The notes under the pieces were generated by a model. The model worked only from the letters and a program-made list of their open reading frames with translations, did no database searches and was not told the origin of the DNA. From Thermoplasmata archaeon (GTDB taxonomy: Archaea; Thermoplasmatota; Thermoplasmata; Lutacidiplasmatales; UBA184): a stretch of 64,000 nt of DNA. The DNA lies in assembly GCA_022750375.1 (NCBI GenBank), contig JAKIVU010000001.1:30695-94694 (forward strand), given 5' to 3'. Every line of letters begins with the position of its first letter. Positions within the stretch are counted from its first letter, which is position 1. A program made the translations under genes and the position numbers. Shown one piece after another: positions 8,901 through 17,323 of this stretch.

Positions 8901-9383
8901 TCACTCGTCGGGTTCTACCTTCATTCCGAGAATGTGCTTGGCGTGCCCCAGCATGACGAGAGCGCCGCCAACATCTCCGGTAGCAAAGGCTTGCTCGGCC
9001 TGAGCCAAGTATCGTCCGGCCGCCTGATACATTCGCTCCCATCCTCCGTCGTAGAGAACGGCATCGATTTTGGTCTCGAGCGTCACCATACGATGTTCGA
9101 ACTGCGTCCTTGGATCCTCGGTTTCGCGCCTCGACCGGACCATAGCTCCCCTGCTTCGGATATCGAGGGGCAACTTCAAAGAGATGTCGTTCGGCGACCC
9201 GTGCTGGACGGGCTCAGCCCGGCCGCCAGCGAGTCTAGAGTTACCGGGGCACTGGTTTGCCGCAGTAGGAGCAGAATCCACCGGCCATCTGGCCTCCAGC
9301 CCCGCACGACGGGCAAAATCGAGTTGAACCGCCGGATGGCGGCGGGGGAGGAGGAGCCGGCGACTGGTATTGCGGCGGCGCAT
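8901..9383 (-). CDS. Hypothetical protein (likely only the C-terminal ~80 aa from Met at 9140)
   Basis: The full ORF overlaps 9241-9624. The C-terminal part MVRSRRETED...GHAKHILGMKVEPDE is compositionally protein-like. Confidence 0.3.
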   Translation of the reverse strand: MRRRNTSRRLLLPRRHPAVQLDFARRAGLEARWPVDSAPTAANQCPGNSRLAGGRAEPVQHGSPNDISLKLPLDIRSRGAMVRSRRETEDPRTQFEHRMVTLETKIDAVLYDGGWERMYQAAGRYLAQAEQAFATGDVGGALVMLGHAKHILGMKVEPDE

Positions 9384-9624
9384 ACATCTGACGGTTCGCC
9401 TGAGCGGCGTTCATTGCAATCTGCTGTTGGAGGAGCATGTTGGTCTGCGCCTGTTGCTGACTCATCCTCTCGGCGTCCCCCCTCGCGGAGATCCCGGATG
9501 CGAGTAGAACGATTCCAATGATGAGTAACACAATTCCAAGCAAGATGCCGATAATAGTCACGAAGAAGACTATCCCGGCGAGCAGGAACAAAACTCCAAA
9601 GACGATTCGGACTATCCCTGCCAC
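9241..9624 (-). CDS. Membrane protein with N-terminal double TM, Gln-rich linker, poly-Pro and C-terminal zinc-ribbon
   Basis: MAGIVRIVFGVLFLLAGIVFFVTIIGILLGIVLLIIGIVLLASG then QQQAQTNMLLQQQ, then PPPPPP and CPSCG...FCSYCGKPVPR. Confidence 0.5.
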   Translation of the reverse strand: MAGIVRIVFGVLFLLAGIVFFVTIIGILLGIVLLIIGIVLLASGISARGDAERMSQQQAQTNMLLQQQIAMNAAQANRQMYAPPQYQSPAPPPPPPSGGSTRFCPSCGAGGQMAGGFCSYCGKPVPR

Positions 9625-10157
9625 GACTCCGCACCCTCGTCCCGGGTGATAATACCGTTGAGGAACCGTTCAGAGCCACCAGGTCGAATTCTCACGAGCC
9701 TCGAGAGCTCGAATCTCAGGGGCATTCGGGTGGACCGCGCAAGGCGCGAGGTCGAAGCACACCGAGCAGATGACCGGCCCGAATCTCGGGGGTCGAGGCA
9801 GAGTGGCCCTTCTCTCCTTCCCCGCCCAAGCCCTCTGGGCCTGCTCGGTATCGGACTTTCCCGATTCTTTCGGACGAGCAATACAGGTCCGAAGGCGTCC
9901 GGCGGTATGCATCTTACGCAGGTTCGCGGAAGCATTCCATCATTCAATCGGAAGTATTGCCGACGAACCGAGCCTCCGCTCTCTAAGCTGGCAGAATCGA
10001 TACCCCAGGGCTATTGTGAAGGAGGTTCGACCGCAGGGTGGCTCGGATAGCCGCTGCCCCGCATCGAGCGAACCAAAGCCTTAACGGCGCCAACAAGGAT
10101 AGGAGTCCAGCCCAGCCGGCCCGGGATCGAACGTTCCAGTGCGTGGGGGAGGTTCAG

Positions 10158-10427
10158 ATGCGCTCACCAAAACTCGCCTTTCTCATCGTATCGTGTATAG
10201 TTGTCAGCGTCGGCGTGGTGGTGTTCGTGGCGGCCTATCTCGCAGGCTGTGGGGGATCGCAGCAGACTGGCTGTCCTCCCCTAGGCTGTAACTCCGGCAC
10301 AACCGCCACTTGCGAAGCGCCACTCGTAGAGGCCGCCGGGGGCCTCCTCATCGCCTCCGGTTCCGCTATCGCCGTTTTGCTTACCGTAAGGGCGAACTGG
10401 CCACGACTCGCGCAACTCGACACCTGA
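10158..10427 (+). CDS. Small membrane/secreted Cys-rich protein
   Basis: An ATG is preceded by GGAGGT 5 nt upstream. The protein has an N-terminal TM (LAFLIVSCIVVSVGVVVFVAAYLAG), then Cys-rich CGGSQQTGCPPLGCNSGTTATC, then a second hydrophobic segment. Confidence 0.45.
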   Translation: MRSPKLAFLIVSCIVVSVGVVVFVAAYLAGCGGSQQTGCPPLGCNSGTTATCEAPLVEAAGGLLIASGSAIAVLLTVRANWPRLAQLDT

Positions 10428-10503
10428 TCGAATCAGAGTTCCACATAACACGATGTGCACCGGTAACCGGACGGCGATCTTTCAGTTTGGACCGGAGCGT
10501 CAG

Positions 10504-11925
10504 CTATGTGACGATCAAGGACCAAAACGTGAGATAAGTCTCACCGTTTGATTCGACGGCGTAGAGGGCCATGAGGTAGGTGCCAACGGCAAAACCCGAT
10601 GGCAGGCTCACTATCATCTTTGCATTTGGAAGGTAAAAGTAAGAATCTGCCTGCACAGTCGAGGATGCCGGTGAAAAGGAGACGTCACCGCAGGGGACAG
10701 AGCAGAAGTTGTATTGGTAGCTCACCGGAAAACCGTAGGAAGGGTCCGCCAACGGGTCTATCTCGGCGTCAATGACGCGAGGAGCAGTATTGCTAACCTG
10801 GACTGTAAATTCGCCGTTCCCAAACCACGTCCCGACCCACGAAGCGAAGTTTTCGTTGGAGATATTCACTTCATTGTATGGACTGTTCCAGAATGATTCA
10901 TACTGGCCCGGGAAGCCTGTCGGCGGGCTGACGCTGTATGTCGTCCAAGAAATTTGGTAGGCAGCTGAGGGAGGCGTTTGCGCGACGATTGACGTGTGTA
11001 AGTTAAACGCAGGCCATGCCTCAACAGGATTATTCCCATAATCCTCTTCGTAATCTGTAAAATCGTCCCAGGCAACGATGGGATTCCAGCACTCCTGTGT
11101 ATAGTCTGCCAACACGAAACTCGTTCCCCCGGTGTACCAGGTTCCTGATCCGATAACCGTGCCCGCACCATTGGGACCCTGAACCTGGAAGGAAACTGTG
11201 CCGCCAGAGATCGACATAGTAAACCGGTATGACTCAGAATATGCGAGTGGGCCGTACGAGAAGGAGTAGTACGTTGTAGCGCAACTCCACCACCCCACCA
11301 CGCCGAACGAGAAATATGCGCACCAGTTGCCCGTGTTGTAGCACGGACTCGAGGTCTGACTAACCGACCACTGACCGCCCTGGCTTCCCGCGCCGACGAT
11401 TCCCATCTGGTCGTAGACGTATCCATTGTCGAAAACCGAGGCGCCAATGAAAACCGTGTCACCTTCGGACGAGCTTTGTGGGGTCGTTATGTTAAAAGTC
11501 AGTTTTGTCACGTAGAAGGCCATACCGTGACTATCAAGCGACCCGAACTTCCAGTCACCAGGGCCGCCACCCGAGGTCACGGCGGACTGGCCAAGAAGAT
11601 GCGATGTGGCGGGTCCGGAGAATCTCGGCGGACCAGAATAGGCGGGAGCGACGACCGACGGACCTGTCTCGTTGTCTCCTCCATCGGCCATGGCGGTCTC
11701 CTTTCCGTGATCCAGAACTGAGGAGTTCGTTTCGAGATTTACGCGGTCAAGAGTAGAGGACTTCTCGATCCCGGAATCTGTATGGTCCGCCGAAGGAATT
11801 TGGACCGGAAAATCCCGTGCATTGCTCGCCTCGCCGTAGCCGCTACTGACGACGAAAAGCACCGCGAGCGAACAAATGGAGAGGCCCACAACTAGGGAAC
11901 GGTGCGACTTCGAACGAGCCGCCAC
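10504..11925 (-). CDS. Secreted aromatic/Ser/Thr/Gly-rich beta-type protein (speculative: glutamic-peptidase/thermopsin-like or lectin-like)
   Basis: It has an N-terminal signal/anchor (LVVGLSICSLAVLFVVSSG). 473 aa rich in W, Y, S, T, G, and it carries many N-x-S/T sequons. VAWDDFTDYEED is faintly reminiscent of the G1 peptidase WIVEDF motif, but this is unverified. Confidence 0.55.
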   Translation of the reverse strand: MAARSKSHRSLVVGLSICSLAVLFVVSSGYGEASNARDFPVQIPSADHTDSGIEKSSTLDRVNLETNSSVLDHGKETAMADGGDNETGPSVVAPAYSGPPRFSGPATSHLLGQSAVTSGGGPGDWKFGSLDSHGMAFYVTKLTFNITTPQSSSEGDTVFIGASVFDNGYVYDQMGIVGAGSQGGQWSVSQTSSPCYNTGNWCAYFSFGVVGWWSCATTYYSFSYGPLAYSESYRFTMSISGGTVSFQVQGPNGAGTVIGSGTWYTGGTSFVLADYTQECWNPIVAWDDFTDYEEDYGNNPVEAWPAFNLHTSIVAQTPPSAAYQISWTTYSVSPPTGFPGQYESFWNSPYNEVNISNENFASWVGTWFGNGEFTVQVSNTAPRVIDAEIDPLADPSYGFPVSYQYNFCSVPCGDVSFSPASSTVQADSYFYLPNAKMIVSLPSGFAVGTYLMALYAVESNGETYLTFWSLIVT

Positions 11926-12171
11926 CTGTTGGCATAGGCCTTTCGTCTATTTCAACCAATGACGAAGGGGCCGATTTTCAACGGTCTGGAGCGAAGTTCA
12001 GATACGTATGGAGTCGTGGGCACTTGACCGAGGTGGCCTTCGAGTTCGAGATCGCGGTTCGGCTTTCTTCGGAATAACAGCGCGACACCCAAACGCGGAC
12101 TGGGCATCAAAGAGCGCCACAGAAAGGCCCCGGACAGAGGTCACCGGTTTGAGTCAGGTTTAAGCGCCTTT

Positions 12172-12783
12172 GTGGGCTCCGAGAAGAATCCGGTTGTTGG
12201 GTACGGGACACCGTGCGGAACGGGGTTTAAGAACTCTATGGAGCAACAGTACCGCATGGAGTTCGCGGCGGGGTTGCATGCCCAAGAAGTGCAACGCATC
12301 TCCGCGGGCGATGCAATACGCGCCGTGCTCATCTGCCCCGACGGCGAGCAGGACGGTCGGCTGACGTTCGGCGCGCCTATTCCTGGGCGGACGAGATTGA
12401 TGAAGGAGCTATTTCTGGTGTCTCGGGAAACAGAGGTGGGCCAGGCTGGGGCATTCGGATTCGAGTTCACTCCGGGCCCTTACGGTCCCTCCTCAGTGGA
12501 GGTCCAGCATGAACTGGACCGATTGACGACCATAGGCGACGTGCTCCAGGACCCACTCGAGCGTGGGGACGGGACACTCGTTCGAATCTCCGAGAGGGGG
12601 TACGAGTGGGCCAGATCTATCTGGTCGGCGCTCCCTCCTGAAACGGCGCGTGGGTTCTACTCGATCAAATCTAGATTCAATCAGGTTCCGTATGCCGCGC
12701 TGATGTTCTACGTTTACTCTGCCTACGCAGAATTCACTGCGAATTCGAGGATCCGAGAAGAGGTCCTGGGCCCTCACGCATGA
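12172..12783 (+). CDS. Hypothetical protein with Panacea (DUF4065)-like segment; candidate antitoxin
   Basis: RLMKELFLVSRE ... FGFEFTPGPYGPSSVEVQHELDRL resembles the Panacea/SocA-like pattern (KLxKLLYxxD ... FEAWxYGPVxPEVY). The likely start is Met at 12238. It overlaps the downstream gene by 4 nt. Confidence 0.4.
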   Translation: MGSEKNPVVGYGTPCGTGFKNSMEQQYRMEFAAGLHAQEVQRISAGDAIRAVLICPDGEQDGRLTFGAPIPGRTRLMKELFLVSRETEVGQAGAFGFEFTPGPYGPSSVEVQHELDRLTTIGDVLQDPLERGDGTLVRISERGYEWARSIWSALPPETARGFYSIKSRFNQVPYAALMFYVYSAYAEFTANSRIREEVLGPHA

Positions 12784-13553
12784 CACCCCCCGACCCCGCG
12801 CTCGTCGGCGCGTTGGTCGTCGCGGCAATCGGAGTATCGGCCGACATCTATTTCCTAGGGGGTGCGAAGTTCGCCCGACAATACGAGAAGGAGAGCGAGG
12901 AGTTCTACAAGGAGAATCATCAGGTTTGCCGAGACATGGACGAACTCGCTGGCGTCAGCTTCACGAGGGCGTTGATTACTTCCGAACTTTGGAGAATCGG
13001 AACCGTGGGGACACCGGTTGGCGATCCGTCCGATGAAGAAACGAGGATTCAGGCCCTCGAGGTTAGAATTCGGCAAAGCTCAGGGAAGGTGCGGACCGAC
13101 TTGGACAATCTAACGACTCAGTTCCGGACCAGGACCGGGAACAAAGAGAAACTTGAGAAGCTGCTCTCGTTGTACGAGAAGTGCGCCGGATTGACGAAGA
13201 AGGCCTGGGCATCCTTCGCGATTCTGATCTCCGCCCTCGCAATCATGTTTGCGTGGTACGTTTCCATTCCGAATGGTGTGAATTCAACCTGGTTCGTCCT
13301 CTTGGGGTTGGCGGCATTCGTCGCGGGAGCGGTCACATTCGATGCGGCAACGGATTGGCAGCGTGACAGCGCTGCTCTAAAGAAGTGTAAGACCGAAATT
13401 AAGACAACCATTCGCACGAAGATTCACTTCCCGGAGTCAGACGTGGCGGGCCTTCAAGCACCACCTGCCGCGCCAAGGCCCGCGCCTGTGGGCGCCGTGG
13501 GACCGGCGATGGGACCGACCCCCGATTCTGGAGCCGGGAAAACCGGGCACTAG
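12780..13553 (+). CDS. Membrane protein with coiled-coil middle; candidate toxin partner
   Basis: It has an N-terminal TM (ALVGALVVAAIGVSADIYFLGGA), a charged coiled-coil, and two further TM helices (ILISALAIMFAWYVSI, FVLLGLAAFVAGAVTF). It is translationally coupled (ATGA) to the upstream ORF. Confidence 0.45.
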   Translation: MTPPDPALVGALVVAAIGVSADIYFLGGAKFARQYEKESEEFYKENHQVCRDMDELAGVSFTRALITSELWRIGTVGTPVGDPSDEETRIQALEVRIRQSSGKVRTDLDNLTTQFRTRTGNKEKLEKLLSLYEKCAGLTKKAWASFAILISALAIMFAWYVSIPNGVNSTWFVLLGLAAFVAGAVTFDAATDWQRDSAALKKCKTEIKTTIRTKIHFPESDVAGLQAPPAAPRPAPVGAVGPAMGPTPDSGAGKTGH

Positions 13554-13662
13554 GTCGGGAAGGTCAATCCCTCCCGCCGATCGACGCCTATCAGTTCTCG
13601 AGGCGCCAATTCAATCATGGCGGCGATTCACTTTAGGACTGCGAAAGCGAGACTAAGCTAAG

Positions 13663-14433
13663 CTACAGGCCCGATTCCCGGACGGGCGACCGTTCCTTAA
13701 TCCCTTCTGCCCTCGACGGGCGCGGCGGGCTGCCGGCGGACGCGATGAGGTGCGCGAGGCGGAGTGGCTCGGGCCAGTATCCGCGGACCGTCGTACGCTG
13801 GACGAGCCTCGTCGCGTCGGTCGCGCGGCACCCCACGGCCGCGGCGAGGATCGGCTGCTCTCCCGTCGGGACACGAAACAGCCGATGAGCGCGGAGCAGC
13901 TTCCAGCGACGATCGGCGTCCGTCCCGAACCAGGTCCGAAGCGCGGCGTGGATGCGGGGAAAATCCGGGGGCCGTCGCGTGACCGCGACGACCGGGATCC
14001 CCAGCGCTTCGTGGAGTCGGTCGAGGTCGAGCACGTTGAACCCGCCGACCACCGCCCCATCGACGAGCAGGGCCCGGATCCCGTCGATCGCCGAGGTCGA
14101 CCGCACGAGCGCGACGACCGCTTCCGTGCCGTCCGTCCCGTCCACGCGGACCCGGGAGCGCCGCACCGCCTCGACGTAGGAGGGACTCGATACGACCACG
14201 GCGGCGATCGGCGCGAACGCCTCGCCTCGTCCGAACGCGCCGTCGTCGACCCCGACCACGCGGGGATGATCCTTCGCGAGGGACCGCCTCAAGGCTAAGA
14301 CAGGGGCGGAGCTTGGTCGGGGCGCATGGCGGGAACGACGGTGGCGGTCCGCTGCCCGGTCTGCGGGGCCGACCTTCGGGTCTCCCTCGCGGCGCAGCCT
14401 CCGACGCAGTGGTTTCCTTGCCCGCAATGCCAT
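13663..14433 (-). CDS. DUF99 / UPF0215 family protein (endonuclease dU-like); true start probably near 14298
   Basis: VVGVDDGAF near the N-terminus is the DUF99 hallmark. The length is consistent with the family. The first ~45 aa (Arg-rich) would overlap the divergent gene and are probably not translated. Confidence 0.55.
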   Translation of the reverse strand: MALRARKPLRRRLRREGDPKVGPADRAADRHRRSRHAPRPSSAPVLALRRSLAKDHPRVVGVDDGAFGRGEAFAPIAAVVVSSPSYVEAVRRSRVRVDGTDGTEAVVALVRSTSAIDGIRALLVDGAVVGGFNVLDLDRLHEALGIPVVAVTRRPPDFPRIHAALRTWFGTDADRRWKLLRAHRLFRVPTGEQPILAAAVGCRATDATRLVQRTTVRGYWPEPLRLAHLIASAGSPPRPSRAEGIKERSPVRESGL

Positions 14434-15249
14434 AGTCCCGTCCCCGTGGTCGTTCCCCGCGACCCGCCGCCGCTCTACAGCTGGGAAGTCCTTCAGGGAC
14501 TATATCCCCCGCTGACCCGCCCGCGCGTACCGAAATGGAGGGCGCGTCGTGCGGTCGCGGCGGCCCTGATCGTCGTCACCGTCCTCGCGGCCGGTCTCGC
14601 CGCCGTCCTCGTCTACGAGGGGTACGACGCGAGCCGGCCCTCCTCGTTCACCGTCGACGGGACCGTGGACCATCAGGTCGGGGGGATCCCGCAACCGTTG
14701 GACGGGGCGAAAGTGGTGCTGACGAACGACGGCAACCACGCGAGCGAGGTGTTCACCGTGCTCGACGGCACATTCGCGTTCTCGAACGTTCCACCGGGCG
14801 GGGTCACCCTGAACGTCACGGCGGCGGGATTCGCCCCGCTCACGGTCACGACGTTCGTGTCGGTCGTCTACCTGACCCAGGCGACCGGACTCCAGATCGT
14901 GCTCTCCCCCGGCGGACCGGACAACTCGTCCACGGTGGCGCTGGCTCCGTTCCCCGACCTCGAACAGTTCCTCGCGTCGGTCGGCAGCGGAGCGGTGCTG
15001 CTCGGCATCATCGCGCTCGTCGCCGGGTTCGCGGCGGTCGCCACGTTCCGCGACGACCGGCCGGCGATCGGGGTGGTCGGCGGCGCGGCCGGACTGGTCG
15101 CCCCGCTCGTGTTGTTTTACCTCAGCCTTTCCGCCGTCTTCCCTCTCCTGGAAGGGCTGAGCGCAATCCTCGCGGCGGCCGGGTCGTTCACGCTCGCGCT
15201 GCGCGCCATCCAGCTGGCGCAGACGGGTCCGGCGCCCGATTTCGACTAG
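14326..15249 (+). CDS. Membrane protein: N-terminal zinc-ribbon, TM, carboxypeptidase-regulatory-like beta domain, C-terminal TMs
   Basis: CPVCG ... CPQCH is followed by TM (AVAAALIVVTVLAAGLAAVLV), then GTVDHQVGG...AKVVLTNDG...FTVLDGTFAFSNVPPG (CarbopepD_reg-like), then a C-terminal hydrophobic region. Confidence 0.55.
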   Translation: MAGTTVAVRCPVCGADLRVSLAAQPPTQWFPCPQCHSPVPVVVPRDPPPLYSWEVLQGLYPPLTRPRVPKWRARRAVAAALIVVTVLAAGLAAVLVYEGYDASRPSSFTVDGTVDHQVGGIPQPLDGAKVVLTNDGNHASEVFTVLDGTFAFSNVPPGGVTLNVTAAGFAPLTVTTFVSVVYLTQATGLQIVLSPGGPDNSSTVALAPFPDLEQFLASVGSGAVLLGIIALVAGFAAVATFRDDRPAIGVVGGAAGLVAPLVLFYLSLSAVFPLLEGLSAILAAAGSFTLALRAIQLAQTGPAPDFD

Positions 15250-15755
15250 GGCACGCCGCGGGCCGCCGAGCCACGGGGGCTCGGATTCGCCCGGCGGGGC
15301 GGTTCGGCGATCGGCCGCCGCGTCGCGAACGACCCGGTGAGCGGATGATAGAATGCGACGAGGGGTTCTCCCCGTTGCCAGCAGAGGAAGACGACCTCGC
15401 CGTTCTGGAGCCCGTAGAAGTCGACGAGCCCGCTCTCCAGGTCCTTCACCTCGATCGCCTCCTTGCGCAGTCCCGCGACCGCCTCTTCGAGCCGGCGGGT
15501 GAGATTCTGCCACTCGGCGTCGAGCCGCTGCTTCAACGCGTGGTCCGCATGGTCCGGCGCATCGACGTCGTTCCCCCAGAATGCGGTCAATCGGTGCGTC
15601 TCGTCGTGCACCTCCCGGAGACGGACCACCCATCCCCGGAGACGTGGAAGGAGTTCCTCGAGCTCCGCGACCCGAGCGTTCGCTTCCTCGGCCGTCCACA
15701 GTCGAGGAGGGTCGGGGAGATCGTCGGTCGTGCGGACACCCCCGGAATGCGCCAT
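15246..15755 (-). CDS. DUF2203-like hypothetical protein
   Basis: The pattern WTAEEANARVAELEELLPRLR ... VDFYGLQNGEVVFLCWQRGE ... FYHPLTGSFATRRPI matches my recollection of the DUF2203 family. Confidence 0.4.
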   Translation of the reverse strand: MAHSGGVRTTDDLPDPPRLWTAEEANARVAELEELLPRLRGWVVRLREVHDETHRLTAFWGNDVDAPDHADHALKQRLDAEWQNLTRRLEEAVAGLRKEAIEVKDLESGLVDFYGLQNGEVVFLCWQRGEPLVAFYHPLTGSFATRRPIAEPPRRANPSPRGSAARGVP

Positions 15756-15839
15756 CGTTCCCTTTCCTCACCTATACCATGCCGGCACCCTATTTACAGG
15801 GATGATGGGGTCGAGGTAACCGCGCAGCGTCGAGCCCCG

Positions 15840-17081
15840 CTAAGTAGGACCGAGCGGGACCCGCGTGGCGGACCACCCGCGCGAGCGGTACGCGGCTTCC
15901 ACCGCATCGCCGTGGGCCGCGTCGCGGACCTCGAGCTCCAGCTCCACGGTGACCTCGCCGGGGGGGAGGTCCGGCGACTCCCGTCCGTGAATGATGTGCC
16001 GCACGTTGGCGCCCTCGCGGGCGGCGACCGAGAGGAACTCCTCGAGCCGGCCGGGCACATCCCGCAACGGCGCGCGGAGCCGCAGGAGTCGTCCCTCCGC
16101 GGCCAATCCGATGAACAGGATCCGGTCGAGGAGGAAGGGGTCGAGGTTGCCTCCGCTCACGACGAGGACGACCGGGCCGTCGTTCGCGAGCTCGGGGTGC
16201 TCGAGCAGGAGCGCGAGCGGCGTCGCGCCGGCGCCCTCGGCCAGGACCTTTGCCTGCTCGAGCAGGAGGAACGAAGCGCGGGCGATCGTTCGGTCGTCCA
16301 CGCTGAACGCCCGGGCGCCCGCCGCCTTCAGGATCCGGAACGGCAGGTCGCCGATCTGACGCGTCGCGAGACCGTCCGCGAAGGTCGACGGACGCCCTCC
16401 CCGGATGACCCGACCTTCGGCGAGCGACGGGCGGAGGTTGTCCGCGCCCTTCGGCTGCACCCCCACGAGGTCGGCCGTGCTGCCCCGCCCGCGCACGGCC
16501 GCGGCGATACCGGCGAACAGACCGCCTCCGCCGACTCCGACGATGATGCGTCGCACGTTCGGCAACTCGTCGAGGATCTCGAGGCCGACCGTTCCTTGGC
16601 CCGCCACGACGAACGGGTCGTCGTACGGATGCACGTACGTGAGGTGTTCCTCGGCAGCGATCCGCAAGGAGTGCTCGTGCGCCTCGTCGTAGTCGCTCCC
16701 CTCCAGGATCACCCTCGCTCCGAGCGCCTTGGTGAGACTGACCTTCAACGGCGACGCGTTCTTGGCCATCACGATCGTAGCGGGCACCCCGCGCGCGCGC
16801 GCGGCCCACGCCACGCCTTGCGAATGATTCCCCGCGGAGGCGGTGACCACCCCTCGTTTCGCCTCCTCGGGAGTCAGCTGGGCGATCCGGTTCGTCGCGC
16901 CGCGCAACTTGAACGCCCCGGTCCGTTGCAGGTTCTCGAGCTTGAGGTAGATCGGGGTGTCGGGCAGCCCCGGAAAACGCGGGGCCTCGATCAACGGGGT
17001 CCGCACGACCTTTCCCGCGATGGTTCGCGCCGCCGCTTCCACGTCGGCGAGCGAGATCCGGAGTTCGGTCGACGTGGTCAT
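15840..17081 (-). CDS. ilvA: Threonine dehydratase / threonine ammonia-lyase (PLP-dependent) with C-terminal ACT-like domain
   Basis: The PLP lysine motif is NLQRTGAFKLRGA, followed by SAGNHSQGVA and the Gly-rich GVGGGGLFAGIA. The preferred start is Met at 17081 (MTTSTEL); the ORF track extends to 17123. Confidence 0.8.
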   Translation of the reverse strand: MTTSTELRISLADVEAAARTIAGKVVRTPLIEAPRFPGLPDTPIYLKLENLQRTGAFKLRGATNRIAQLTPEEAKRGVVTASAGNHSQGVAWAARARGVPATIVMAKNASPLKVSLTKALGARVILEGSDYDEAHEHSLRIAAEEHLTYVHPYDDPFVVAGQGTVGLEILDELPNVRRIIVGVGGGGLFAGIAAAVRGRGSTADLVGVQPKGADNLRPSLAEGRVIRGGRPSTFADGLATRQIGDLPFRILKAAGARAFSVDDRTIARASFLLLEQAKVLAEGAGATPLALLLEHPELANDGPVVLVVSGGNLDPFLLDRILFIGLAAEGRLLRLRAPLRDVPGRLEEFLSVAAREGANVRHIIHGRESPDLPPGEVTVELELEVRDAAHGDAVEAAYRSRGWSATRVPLGPT

Positions 17082-17265
17082 GGTCACTTCCCGCCGCGCC
17101 ACCCTCCCGCGACCCTTAATCATTCCCGTGACAGCGGGGCCCGGAACGGCCGGTTGCCCGCGGGCGTTTCTCTACGCGCGCGTTCGAGCGACGCGCCGTC
17201 GCGCGGTCGCATTTCCCTCGAAAATGCGCGATTCTCTCGCCGGTCGCCGGCGTTTCTCGGCAGGT

Positions 17266-17275
17266 CTTATATAGG
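17266..17275 (+). promoter_or_regulatory. TATA-box-like element (cTTATATAgg) upstream of the L3 operon
   Basis: It is the only AT-rich octamer in the 200-bp GC-rich intergenic region, about 50 nt before the rpl3 ATG. Confidence 0.4.
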
Positions 17276-17323
17276 GTACGTTTCTCCCCCGACTCCACCG
17301 GAGGCAGGACCCCCTATCGACCT

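Noticed and set aside
10100-10145. tRNA-like T-arm (cgttcgatcccgg on the minus strand), which would have fitted a tRNA integration site inside the island
   Set aside because: On inspection the segment is a loop-less GAACGTTC palindrome. It has no acceptor stem or D/anticodon arms. No cloverleaf could be built by eye.
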